The translations under genes and the position numbers were made by a program. Of a DNA stretch of 64,000 nucleotides, positions 36,426 through 47,800 are shown one piece after another. The notes under the pieces were generated by a model that saw only the letters and a list, made by a program, of their open reading frames with translations, was not told the origin of the DNA and did no database searches. The DNA lies in assembly GCF_964188315.1 (NCBI RefSeq), contig NC_135672.1, positions 10,106,001 through 10,170,000 on the forward strand. Direction: 5' to 3'. Each line of letters opens with the position of its first letter. Within the stretch, counting starts at the first letter, position 1. The stretch is from Podarcis muralis. Its lineage: Eukaryota.

Positions 36426-36681
36426 GTAAGTGCCGAGATGGAGGCGAAGGGGGTGGCCGGGGGGAACCTTCCACATGCCAAGCGCCCGCTCTGCCCCTGA
36501 GGTCACAGCTGCCTGCAGAAGGGGCCTCATGTGGTGTCAAGGACACCTGCTTTGCATGCAGAAGGTGTTCAGAGTTGAGGTGCACACTCAGCGTGCTCAG
36601 AAGGGTTTAAGGCAGCTGGTCTAGGAATCTGGACATCTCCGTCTCGTCCTTTGACATTAGGCTGTCAATCAGAATCTGAAC

Positions 36682-36786
36682 CATAGCTGTCAACTGTCCC
36701 TTATTTGGCGGGAAAGCCCCTTATCCCAGGGCCGTGTCCCGCTGCTGTCCCTTATTGATGATGTCCCTAAAATTTCCCGGGTTTCA
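36682..36786. mobile_element. Single end of the 43623 hAT family
   Basis: About 7 mismatches over ~105 bp against the reverse complement of 44045-44148. Confidence 0.85.
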
Positions 36787-37214
36787 TGTTCGCCCGGCTC
36801 GGGAGGGAAGCGGCGGCTCAGGGTCCTCCACCGCGAGAGAGAGAGCGTGCGCACGAGCTGCTGCGTCTCCATCTCTCCCTTTTCTCCCTCAGGGGCACGT
36901 CGTGAGGAGACGGGTGGCGGCGGGCGGGCAGGCAGCCCCTCTCTTGCGAGACTTCCGCCACACTGCCAGGGGAAGTCGGAGGCGGCGGTGGCTGAGGAGG
37001 CGACCTGAGGGAGGAGAAAGAGGAGGGGATGGGGAGGGACGCAGAAGGGCAGTGCTTCAGCAGCTGCCGCGGTGCCGCAACCGCCTCATGCCAGGCTCGT
37101 GGGCAGCGTGGGCGAGAGTCTCTCGGGCAGGGAAGGGCCGATGGAACTCCTCGCGCCAGGACGACGGCAGCCCCGACGTGCTGCTTAGCATCCCCTCCAA
37201 CCAGTGCAGCATCT

Positions 37215-37795
37215 TAATGTAGCGATTTCCCCCTCTGCATCCCTTTCATAACTCTGTTTTTATAAATCATTTGTCCATCCGTAGTTCAAATTTTTACTAC
37301 AAGTTTTCTGTCAATCCTACCAATGGATGTAACTCTTGACAATAGCTTTCCAACTAAATTATAAACTTCCCCCATTCTTTATTAAAGAGGTCCTCTTCCT
37401 GGTTTCCAATTCTGCCTGTAAGCCTGGGAAACCCAGCCAGATGGGTGGGGTATAAATAAATTATGATTATGATTATTTTAAAAATTTATTGATTTTCACA
37501 AAATTATAAACAAACACATGAAACAAACATAAATCATAACCTTCTTAACAATTACACTTATTAACATTGTTAAGTGACTTCCTCGCTTCCCCTCGGTTGA
37601 ATGTCAATGCAAATCCTTTTAACGGTTCTTACAAAACTTAACTTGGAACGTTAACATCCTTAGATCTTTCCATTTTGAAATTAAGCATATTAATTCATCA
37701 CTTAACTTATATAAAATCCTAAGCCAGTTAAGTATCTGCAAGCTGTTTCCGATTGATTTAGCTTGACATATTTAACTAAGTAATCATTAAATTTA
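37215..37795 (-). mobile_element. L1 fragments (ORF2 piece and 3' end)
   Basis: 37480-37795 is homologous to 51255-51600. Confidence 0.65.
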
Positions 37796-38157
37796 AAGGT
37801 AAAGGTAAAGGTACCCCTGCCCGTACGGGCCAGTCTTGCCAGACTCTAGGGTTGTGCGCCCATCTCACTCAAGAGGCCGGGGGCCAGCGCTGTCCGGAGA
37901 CACTTCCGGGTCACGTGGCCAGCGTGACGAAGCTGCTCTGGCGAGCCAGAGCCGCACACGGAACGGCGTTTACCTTCCCGCCAGTAAGCGGTCCCTATTT
38001 ATCTACTTGCACCCGGGGGTGCTTTCGAACTGCTAGGTTGGCAGGCGCTGGGACCAAACGACGGGAACGCACCCCGCAGCGGGGATTCGAACCGCCGACC
38101 TTTCGATCGGCAAGCCCTAGGCGCTGAGGCTTTTACCCACAGCGCCACCCGCGTCCC
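37796..38157 (-). mobile_element. Sauria SINE, same distinct subfamily as 11033
   Basis: Same diagnostic positions; 15-bp TSD TAATCATTAAATTTA; inserted in an L1 3' fragment. Confidence 0.92.
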
Positions 38158-38177
38158 TTAATCATTAAATTTAGTTG

Positions 38178-38223
<46 letters not shown>

Positions 38224-38243
38224 CCCCACGGGCTGTTTTCCAG

Positions 38244-38558
38244 CTTTCCCCGATGCCTTGCAACTGGACTCTGAGCCGAAGATTATGAGGACTGGGCAGC
38301 CCGCTCGTCTCGTCTGCTCCTTGAGCAAGGTGTACCCTCCGGGCTCTCTGACGTTGACCTGGTTCCGGGGAGAGGAGAGGCTGGAGGCTACGAAGGTGGA
38401 AGACGACATGGTGGATTTTGAGCAGCAGCTGATGTTTTATAGCTCCGTCCTTGAGGTCCCGGCGGCCGCAGAGGGAGCAACCTACAAGTGCGAAGCTACT
38501 CTGGAGGTCGAGACGGATACCTTCCGCCAATCCAGGGTGGCCGCCGTGAACCCCCAAA
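38244..38558 (+). CDS. MADCAM1: MAdCAM-1 exon 3, Ig domain 2
   Basis: tttccag|CT; SFPDALQL...LVCSLSKVYPPGSLTLTWFRGEERL with an acidic stretch and YKCEATL; donor A|gtaagc. Confidence 0.93.
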
Positions 38559-38658
38559 GTAAGCTTTGACCGTGTGTGAAACCCACATGGAGGAGACACA
38601 AGCCTAAGAGCAATGCTCCCCTACCTGCTTTCACGCCTACTAAGCCCCTGATTGCTTT

Positions 38659-39017
38659 AAGGTAAAGGTAAAGGGACCCCTGACCATTAGGTCCAGTCAT
38701 GGCCGACTCTGGGGTTGCGGCGCTCATCTCGCTTTATTGGCCGAGGGAGCCGGCGTACAGCTTCTGGGTTTTGTGGTCAGCAGGACTAAGCCGCTTCTGG
38801 CGAACCAGAGCAGCGCATGGAAATGCCATTTACCTTCCTGCCGGAGTGGTACCTATTTATCTACTTGCACTTTGACATGCTTTCAAACTGCTAGGTTGGC
38901 AGGAACAGGGACCGAGCAACGGGAGCTCACCCCATCGTCGCGGGGATTCGAACCGCCGACCTTCTAATCGGCAAGCCTTAGGCTCTGTGGTTTAATCCAC
39001 AGCGCCACCTGCGTCCC
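38659..39017 (-). mobile_element. Sauria SINE
   Basis: Consensus match. Confidence 0.9.
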
Positions 39018-39045
39018 TGATTGCTTTATCCTCCCTGAATTTGTC

Positions 39046-39875
39046 CCATCAGATTGAGGTTGAATCCTGACAAGACAGAAGTACTGTTTTAGGGGGACAG
39101 GGGGCAGGCAGGTGTGGAAGACTCCCTGGTACTGAATGGGGTCACTGTGCCCTTGAAGGACCAGGTGTGCAGCCTGGGAGTCATTCTGGACTCACAGCTG
39201 TCCATGGAGGCGCAGGTCCATTCTGTGTCCAGGGAAGCTGTCTACCAGCTCCATCTGGTACGCAGGATGAGACCCTCCCTGCCCACAGACTGTCTCGCCA
39301 GAATGGTGCATGCTCTGGTTATCTCCCGCTTGGACTACTGTCATGCGCTTTCCATGGGGCTGCCTTTGACCTGGAAACCACAACTAATCCAGAATGCAGC
39401 AGCTAGACTGGTGACTGGGAGCGGCTGCCGAGACCACATAACACTGGTCCTGAAAGACCTACATTGACTCCCAGTATGTTTCCAAGCACAATTCAAAGTG
39501 TTGGTGCTGACCTTCAAAGCCCTAAATGGCCTTGGTCCTGTATACCTGAAGGAGCGTCTCCACCCCCATCTTCCAGCCCAGACACCGAGATCCAGCTCCG
39601 AGGGCCTTCTGGCGGTTCCCTCCCTGCGAGAAGCGAGGTTACAGGGAACCAGGCAGAGGGCCTTCTCGGTAGTGGCACCCGCCCCGTGGAACACCCTTCC
39701 ATCAGATGTCAAGGAAATAAACAACTATCTGACTTTTAAAAGACATCTGAAGGCAGCCCTGTTTAGGGAAGTTTTTAATGTTTGATGTTTGTGTTTTTAA
39801 CATTCTGTTGGGAGCTGCCCAAAGTAGCTGGGGAAACCCAGTCTGATGGGTGGGGTATATATAATAAATCATTAT
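39046..39875 (+). mobile_element. L2 3' fragment in MADCAM1 intron 3
   Basis: LNPDKTE...RLDYC...; 3' tail present. Confidence 0.9.
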
Positions 39876-40337
39876 TATTATTAAAGCTCTCCGTGTTGAT
39901 GGCTGTCGCTGCCTCCTGTGGCAGGTAGTTCCACAGCTCAACTACATGCTGGAGGGAGGCTTTTTTTTTTAATCTGTCCTGAATCTTCCAGCATAGTATG
40001 CCTTGGGGGACAACTGCTAGCTCTATTCCTGGGTTGTAGATGCCACAACCTCTCACGCAGAGGGAAAACACCCCACCCACACAAACAGGATAGTACCTTA
40101 ACTCCCAGAAGGCCCCCATCAGCTCTGGATCATTTAGAGATCCAAACGCATAAATCGGCTTTTTCAAATCCGGATGCTTTGGACTACAAATCCCATCATC
40201 CCTTACCTTTGGTCAGGGCTGGCAGGAGCCGTGGCTCAAAGCATTGGAGGGCACTGTGTTGGGGGAAGGCTGGTGTTACATTAAAAATATGGCATCAATG
40301 CTCAGCCCTTGCTGATAAAAAAGAACTGGCCCAGATT

Positions 40338-41046
40338 AATCAACGGCTTGAGAGCAGTACATGTGAAAAGGATCTAGGAGTCTTGGTTGACCACAAACTT
40401 GACATGAGCCAACAGTGTGACGCGGCAGCTAAAAAAGCCAATGCAATTCTGGGCTGCATCAATAGGAGTATAGCATCTAGATCAAGGGAAGTCATAGTGC
40501 CACTGTATTCTGCTCTGGTCAGACCTCACCTGGAGTACTGTGTCCAGTTCTGGGCACCACAGTTCAAGAAGGACACTGACAAACTGGAACGTGTCCAGAG
40601 GAGGGCAACCAAAATGGTCAAAGGCCTGGAAACGATGCCTTATGAGGAACGGCTAAGGGAGCTGGGCATGTTTAGCCTGCAGAAGAGGAGGTTAAGGGGT
40701 GATATGATAGCCATGTTCAAATATATAAAAGGATGTCATAAAGAGGAGGGAGAAAGGTTGTTTTCTGCTGCTCCAGAGAAGCGGACACGGAGCAATGGAT
40801 CCAAACTACAAGAAAGAAGATTCCACCTCAACATTAGGAAGAACTTCCTGACAGTAAGAGCTGTTTGACAGTGGAATTTGCTGCCAAGGAGTGTGGTGGA
40901 GTCTCCTTCTTTGGAGGTCTTTAAGCAGAGGCTTGACAACCATATGTCAGGAGTGCTCTGATGGTGTTTCCTGCTTGGCAGGGGGTTGGACTCGATGGCC
41001 CTTGTCGTCTATTCCAACTCTATTATTCTATGATTCTATTCTAACT
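40338..41046 (+). mobile_element. CR1 LINE 3' fragment
   Basis: EKDLGVLVD...[10 protein letters not shown]...[17 protein letters not shown]; (ATTCT)n tail. Confidence 0.94.
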
Positions 41047-41124
41047 AAACTCTAGTTGATTAATCCGCTGGTGAAAATCTTGCGAATGCTTTTTTTTAAA
41101 GATGCAAAATCCTTTGGTTCACAG

Positions 41125-41838
41125 CCACACAGGTGCCCAGCGCTACAGAGGAGGCCACCTTTGCTCTCGTGACGGAAAGAACGAGCCACGTGGCTACTCT
41201 GGAGTCGGCCATCACCGAGCCGCCGGCGACCACCCAGGGCCTTCCCCTTCTCTCCACCGAGCCCCCGACCACAACGTCGACCGCTTTTCCCACCCCAGAA
41301 CCCCTTCCGGAAAAGAGTAGCCCTTCCCCGACAAGGAATCCTGTTGCGGAGGTGCAGACGAGCTCTCAGAATCCTGGGACCGGGGCCAACACCGTGCAAG
41401 TCCCTGTCTTGACATCGACGGAGACCCCAGCGACTTCGCAACCCCCTCGCTTGACAGATGAGCCACCTACCACCGCGCCCGTCCCCGCCACGGCCAGCAG
41501 CCTCGCCACTCGTTCCGCCGAAAAGCCACGCAGCTCCTCCGCCACTACGGACCCCTCCAGAGACCCCTGCCGCCCCGTCATCACCCCTGTCCCCACTCAA
41601 GGCAGCACGGGGGGCACCCTGCGGATCACGTGCCTCGCGGCCGACTGCGGCAAAGACGTCCAGGTCCGGTGGGTGGAGACGCCTGTGGCTAAGTCCCGGT
41701 ACCACCAGGAAGAAGCTGAGGGCCGGTCCACCCTGGTTGTGGAGAGCGTCTCCCTGGAGCATCAAGGGGTCTACCGGTGTGTTGCGATAGCCAGCCAGCC
41801 TCGCATGGCCAGCTTGACCATCTCCATCGTGCCTAATG
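41125..41838 (+). CDS. MADCAM1: MAdCAM-1 exon 4, Thr/Pro/Ser mucin stalk plus third Ig domain
   Basis: ttcacag|CC; T/P/S-rich stretch of about 155 aa, then DPCRPVI...LRITC...VRW...YRCVA; donor G|gtgagt. Confidence 0.92.
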
Positions 41839-41968
41839 GTGAGTACACAGGGGCTCCTTGTCGTTTCATTTTGGCCTCCGCAAAAGCCCTGCTGCCCATT
41901 GCGGGCCAACCGCCCATCATCGCCTAGGGGGTCCTCCCTTCTTGGCCTTTTGAATCCCTAGGGTCTCT

Positions 41969-42449
41969 GTGTTGTTGTTTAGTTGTGTCCGCCTCTTCGT
42001 GACCCCCTGGACCAGAGCACGCCAGGCACTCCTGTCTTCTGCTGCCTCCCACACTTTGGTCAAACTCATGTTAGCAGCTTCGAGAACCCTGTCCCACCAT
42101 CTCGTCCTCTGTCGCCCACTTCTCCTTGGGCCCTCCATCTTTCCCAACATCAGGGTCTTTTCCAGGGAGTCTTCTCTTCTCATGAGGTGGCCAAAGTCTT
42201 GGAGCCTCAGCTTCAGGATCTGTCCTTCCAGTGAGCACTCAGGGCTGATTTCCTTCCGAATGGAGAGGTTTGATCTTCTTGCAGTCCATGGGACTCTCAA
42301 GAGTCTCCTCCAGCACCAGAATTCAAAAGCATCCATTCTTGGGCGATCAGCCTTCTTTATGGTCCAGCTCTCACTTCCATACATCACTACTGGGAAAACC
42401 AGAGCTTTAGCTATACGGACCTTTGTCGGCAAGGTGATGTCTCTGCTTT
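41969..42449 (-). mobile_element. Bov-B 3' fragment in MADCAM1 intron 4
   Basis: Same peptide. Confidence 0.92.
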
Positions 42450-42589
42450 AGGGTCTCTGTACCAGAACTGGTTTTTATTCCACTGGCTGAGTCATGTAAA
42501 AACACCAGGCAGGCCCCACAAATAACCCAGTCCCAGCGAGCTGGACCAATGTTCTGACTTGGTATAAGGTGACTTCCTATGTTCCAGAG

Positions 42590-42843
42590 CAGGGATCGGC
42601 AAACTTTTTCAGCAGGGGGCCGGTCCAGAGTCCCTCAGACCCTGTGGGGGGCCAGAGTATATTTTTTTGGAGGGGGGGAATGAACGAATTCCTATGCCCC
42701 ATAAATAACCCAGAGATGCGTTTTAAATAAAAGCGCACATTCTACTCATGTAAAAACACGCTGATTCCCGGACCGTCCGCGGGCCGGATTGAGAAAGCGA
42801 TTGGGCCGCATCCTGCCCACAGACCTTAGCTTGCCTACCCCTG
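42590..42843. mobile_element. hAT MITE (same family as 3264, inverted)
   Basis: CAGGGATCGGCAAAC...TTGCCTACCCCTG. Confidence 0.85.
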
Positions 42844-42889
42844 AGTTAGATCATCCCTTATGGAAGATGCGCGGCAGACTTTCTGGCTA

Positions 42890-43131
42890 CAGTGGTACCT
42901 CGGGATACATACGCTTCAGGTTACATACGCTTCAGGTTACAGACTCCACTAACCCAGAAATAGTGCTTCAGGTTAAGAACTTTGCTTCAGGATAAGAGCA
43001 GAAATCGTGCTCCGGCGGCGCGGCGGCAGCAGGAGGCCCCATTAGCTAAAGTGGTGCTTCAGGTTAAGAACAGTTTCAGGTTAAGAACGGACCTCCGGAA
43101 CGAATTAAGTACTTAACCCAAGGTACCACTG
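42890..43131. mobile_element. TcMar (Tigger-like) MITE
   Basis: TA|CAGTGGTACCTC...AAGGTACCACTG|TA. Confidence 0.9.
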
Positions 43132-43273
43132 TATTTCTAAAGTGGAGGGGGGTGTTGGGGGGAGTTACTGCCTCGGCACCAGATTCGCCATAGATTGCGC
43201 CAGGATTCTTGCGGTTACGGGAACCGCTGAATTGTACACCGCTCACGCTGTCTCCCTTTCTGTCTCTCTCCAG

Positions 43274-43380
43274 CTACTTTCAGCACAGAAACCGCCGTCG
43301 CCATCGGAAGCACCGGCTCCCTCTTGGGGGTTGTCATTACCGGTTACGTGGCCCGTCGCTTGTGGCGGCGGCGCGGCTAG
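43274..43380 (+). CDS. MADCAM1: MAdCAM-1 exon 5, transmembrane segment and short tail
   Basis: ctctctccag|CT; TAVAIGSTGSLLGVVITGYVA followed by RRLWRRRG*. Joined CDS 1455 nt, 484 aa. Confidence 0.85.
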
Positions 43381-43622
43381 GATCCGGCGGCTCTGCTGAC
43401 ACCCGCCTGTTCCGGTGCTGTTCTCTCTGCAGCAGTTACCGTGTTTTCCCCCTGAATTTTTCTGGGGCGCCTCTCCTGCCAGCTGCTGCTACTAGAGGGG
43501 ACCCGCAGGACGACTCGAGAGGTTTCTTTCTGTGGTTCCTGGGGTCACAGAGAAGAGGCAAGTCCAGCAGAGGCCCCCTACCACCCCGGCGGAGGGTGGT
43601 CGACTCTCCCCACCCACCAATC

Positions 43623-44148
43623 CATAGCTGTCAACTTACAGATTTGAAAATAAGGGACCAGCAGCCTCGAAAATAAGGGATCAGCAGCCAAAATAAGGGA
43701 TTTTCAAAGCACAGGTATGTTCAACTTCTGAGCCCCTCCGAGCCAAAGGCAGAAAGCCCAGCCAGCAGCCAAACGGAGCCTCAAGCGGTGGTTCCCACAG
43801 CGCAGCAACCCGGCAAAGGGGATGCAGCAAGGGAAACCACCGTCCCCTCTCCGCTGGGAAGCGCTGAGCAAAGGCGAGTCCCCAGGCAACGCGGCCGATT
43901 TGATCGGCACAAGGCATGCAAGCTCCACCCCCCAGTCGTTCTTGGACTCCTTATTGGGTGAGCAACGCAGCCAAGCAACCCAGTTGGAGCCTCCCTCCTC
44001 CCTGGCCGGCAGGGAGGGAGGAAGGGAGAGGAGCTGCTTCCTTTGAAACCCGGGAAATTTAAGGGACATCATCAATAAGGGACAGCAGCGGGACATGGCG
44101 ATAGGATAAGGGACTTTCCCGCCAAATAAGGGACAGTTGACAGCTATG
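43623..44148. mobile_element. hAT (Blackjack-like) non-autonomous element
   Basis: TIR CATAGCTGTCAACT; perfect 8-bp TSD CACCAATC; subterminal AATAAGGGA repeats. Confidence 0.88.
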
Positions 44149-44566
44149 CACCAATCGACAGGAACAACTTCTGCCAAGACTGAAACCATACGCCGGAATC
44201 CTAAGGGGTTTAGGAGGTCATCCGAGTCTAGCTGTCCAGTCAAACACTGGTCCCTCCTTGACATTTTTTGAGGCCAAGACCCTAAGCACAGGTTGCTTCT
44301 GACTGCACTTGAAATTCAGCGAGTTTTGAGTTGGCCTTTTTTCAGGGCAGCGGGCAGAAGGCGAACAGTTGCTCCAGAGTTTTGAACACTGCAGAAAAGA
44401 GACTGGAGAGGAACTATCCTTAGAGGTGTGGGCCCAACATCTCCTCCATTTCTCCCTCTTTCCCAACTCTTGGGCTTGAGACGTCAATAGCTGGGTTTGC
44501 TGGCTGGCCAACAAATCCCCAAGCACAAATTAAATCAGGTATTTCTTTGTGGACTTTTAATTCTCA

Positions 44567-44892
44567 GGGACGCAGGTGGCGCTGTGGGTTAAACCACTGA
44601 GCCTAGGACTTGCCGATCAGAAGTTTGGCGGTTCGAATCCCCGCGACGGGGTGAGCTCCCGTTGCTCGGTCCCTGCTCCTGCCAACCTAAGCAGTTTGAA
44701 AGCACGTCAAAGTGCAAGTAGATAAATAGGTACCGCTCCGGCAGGAAGGGAAACGGCATTTCCGTGCGCTGCTCTGGTTCGCCACATGACCCGGAAGCTG
44801 TACGCTGGCTCCCTCGGCCAGTAAAGCAAGATGAGCGCTGCAACCCCAGAGTCGGACACGACTGGACCTAATGGTCAGGGGTCCCCTTACCT
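44567..44892 (+). mobile_element. Sauria SINE
   Basis: Consensus match. Confidence 0.9.
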
Positions 44893-44988
44893 TTTTTTAA
44901 TTGTCAGAGGTTGCGGCGATGACTACAGCCTTAGGCTGCCGAGCATCACAGAATCGTAGAATTGGGACATCTGTGACACGGGAATCTT

Positions 44989-45060
44989 ACTCAATGCGGG
45001 ACTCGAATCCACAACCCTGTGATTGAGAGTCTCCTTCTCTACTGACTGAGCTATCCCCCA
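44989..45060 (-). pseudogene. tRNA-Lys(CTT)-derived pseudogene or SINE head
   Basis: GGGGATAGCTCAGTCAGTAGAGAAGGAGACTCTCAATCACAGGGTTGTGGATTCGAGTCCCGC resembles tRNA-Lys-CTT. Acceptor stem does not pair, anticodon reads CTC, and a CR1-like ATTCT tail follows. Confidence 0.7.
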
Positions 45061-45449
45061 GGGCTCTTCTGGTCTTTTTTATGGAGGGCAGATGTGTCAA
45101 TTTGCTAGTGATGGAACCTCCACAGTCAGGGGAAGTCTCTCTGGGTTGTCCGATACTTAAAACAGAAGGGCGGGCGCTAAGCAAATTTTTGCTCCCATTA
45201 AGTGAGTTCATCCAGAAATGCCTTTGTCAACCGCAGCCACATCCATAAACGGATTGCTTTGTATATAAGTCATATCTATTGTACATACAGTTGTTTTTTG
45301 TACAGATTACCACCGCTGTAATTAAACAGGGTTCTTTTCCACATCCTGTCGGCTTTGTATGATCTTAACGAGCCTTAAACCTAAAGCAGCCCCATCTGTC
45401 GTGGGAAGACGGGATTCCTCAACTGCTTAGAGGACAGCTTCTTCTATTT

Positions 45450-45587
45450 CAGCGGTTCTCCACCTGTGGGTCCCCAGATGTTGTCGGACTACAACTCCCA
45501 TCATCCCTGAGCTCCGGCCTTGCTAGCTAGGGGTGATGGGAGTTGTAGTTCAACAACATCTGGGGACCCACAGCTTGAGAAAGGCTG
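45450..45587. mobile_element. Palindromic hAT MITE
   Basis: Long TIRs; TSD TTCTATTT. Confidence 0.87.
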
Positions 45588-45595
45588 TTCTATTT

Positions 45596-45887
45596 CATGG
45601 GTAGGCAAACTAAGGCCCAGGGGCTGGATCCAGACCAATCACCTTCTAAATCCGGTCCGCAGACGGTCCGGGAATCAGCGTGTTTTCACATGAGTAGAAT
45701 GTGTCCTTTGATTTAAAAGGCATCTCTGGGTTATTTGTGGGGCCTGCCTGGTGTTTATACATGAGTAGAATGTGTGCTTTTATTTAAACTGCATCTCTGC
45801 TTAAATAAAACACTTTTCAAAATATAGTCCGGCCCCCCACAAGGTCTGAGGGACAGTGGAAAGGCTGAAAAAGTTTGCTGACCCCTG
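45596..45887. mobile_element. hAT MITE (3264 family)
   Basis: CATGGGTAGGCAAAC...GCTGACCCCTG. Confidence 0.85.
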
Positions 45888-46054
45888 TAAATCTATTTCT
45901 TAGAGGAGGGGGGCTGCGCTACGTGACAGAACCCCTGCTTTGCATCCAGAAGGGCCCAGCTCCAATCCTTGGTCCCGCCAGTTAATAGGATCAGGGAGGA
46001 GATACAAGGGGCAGGTGATGGATCTGAAAGACCAGGCACTGCCAATCAGTGCTG

Positions 46055-46381
46055 GCTAAACCACAGAGCCTAGGACTTGCCGATCAGAAGGCCGGCGGTT
46101 TGAATCCCTGCGATGACGGGGTGAGTTCCCGTTGCTCGGTCCCTGCTCCTGCCAACCTAGCAGTTCGAAAACACGTCAAAGTGCAAGTAGATCAATAGGT
46201 ACCACTCCGGCGGGAAGGTAAACGGCATTTCCGTGCGCTGCTCTGGTTCACCAGAAGTGTCTTAGTCATGCTGGCCACATGACAGCTGTACGCTGTCTTG
46301 GCCAATAGAGCGAGATGAGCGCCGGAACCCCAGAGTCGGTCACGACTGGACCTAATGGTCAGGGGTACCTTTACCTTTACC
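46055..46381 (+). mobile_element. Sauria SINE
   Basis: Consensus match, head truncated. Confidence 0.88.
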
Positions 46382-46483
46382 TAATATGGGGATTAGCAGC
46401 TAATAAAAGTTTGGGGGCTCTTTTGTTTGGAGCTTCCAAAGACGCAACCGTCTTCCATAAAGACCAAGCCTACTGGCTGCTGT

Positions 46484-46499
<16 letters not shown>

Positions 46500-46527
<28 letters not shown>

Positions 46528-47780
46528 TTATTTATACCCTGCCCATCTGGCTAAGTTTCCCCAGCCACTCTGGGCGGCTTCCAATCAAGTGTTAAAAACA
46601 ATACAGCATTAAATATTAAAAACTTCCCTAAACAGGGCTGCCTTCAGATGTCTTTTAAAAAGAAGATGGCTGCTTATTTCCTTCACATCTGAAGGGTGTT
46701 CCACAGGGCAGGCGCCACTACCGAGAAGGCCCTCTGTCTGGTTCCCTGTAACCTCACTTCTCACAATGAGGGAACCGCTAGAAGGCCCTCGGAGCTGGTT
46801 CTCAGTGTCCGGGCTGGACAATGGGGGTGGAGACGCTCCTTCAGGTATACAGGACCGAGGCCGTTTAGGGCTTTCAAGCTCAGCACTGACACTTTGAATT
46901 GTACTGGGAGCCAATGTAGGTCTTTCAGGACTGGTGTTATATGGTCTTGGTGGCCACTCTCAGTCACCAGTCTAGCTGCTACATTCTGGATTAGTTGCAG
47001 TTTCTGGGTCACCTTCTAAGGTAGCCCCACAGAGAGCGCATTGGAGTAGTCTAAGAAAGAGATAACCAGAGCATGCACCACTCTGGCAAGACAGTCCGGG
47101 CAGGGAGGGTCTCATCCTGCGTACCAGATGGAGCCGCCCTGGACACAGAACTGACCTGCGCCTCCATGGACAGCTGTGAGTCCAAAATGACTCCCAGGCT
47201 GCGCACCTGGTCCTTCAGGGGCTGGACAATGGGGGTGGAGACGTTCCTTCAGGGATACAGGACCAAGGCCGTTTAGGGCTTGAAAGGTCAGCACCAACAT
47301 TTTGAATTGTGCTCGGAAACGTACTGGGAGCCAATGCAGATCTCTCAGGACCAGTGTTATGTGGTCTCGGCGGTCGCCCCCAGTCACCAGTCTAGCTGCC
47401 GCATTCTGGATTAGTTGTAGTTTCCGTGTCACCTTCAAAGGTAGCACCACGGACAGTGCATTGCAGTAGTCCAAGCGGGAGATAACCAGAGCATGCACCA
47501 CTCTGGTGAGACAGTCTGCGGACAGGGAGGGTCTCATCCTGCATGCTAGATGGAGCTGCCCTGGACACAGAATTGACCTGCACCTCCATGGACAGCTGTG
47601 AGTCCAAAATGACTCCCAGGCTGCGCACCTGGTCCTTCGGGGGCACAGTTACCCCATTCAGGACCATGGAGTCCCCCACACCTGCCCGCCCACTGTCCCC
47701 CCAAAAACAGTACTTCTGTCTTGTCAGGATTCAACCTCAATCCATTAGCCACCACCCATCCTCCAACAGCCTCCAGGCAC
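46500..47780 (-). mobile_element. Rearranged and tandemly duplicated L2 fragments
   Basis: The RLDYCN...HITPVL segment occurs twice with junctions; (ATT)n tail at ~46500. Confidence 0.88.
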
Positions 47781-47800
47781 CTTTTTGTCCAAGGGAGCCC

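Noticed and set aside
39918-40337. N-terminal extension of the 316-aa CR1 ORF
   Set aside because: Chance open frame upstream of a 5'-truncated CR1; not RT-like.
386-42451. ORFs MTPWTRARQALLSS... and MLTGRTDPEAEAPRL...
   Set aside because: Antisense or alternative frames of Bov-B 3' fragments; no full-length autonomous element is present.
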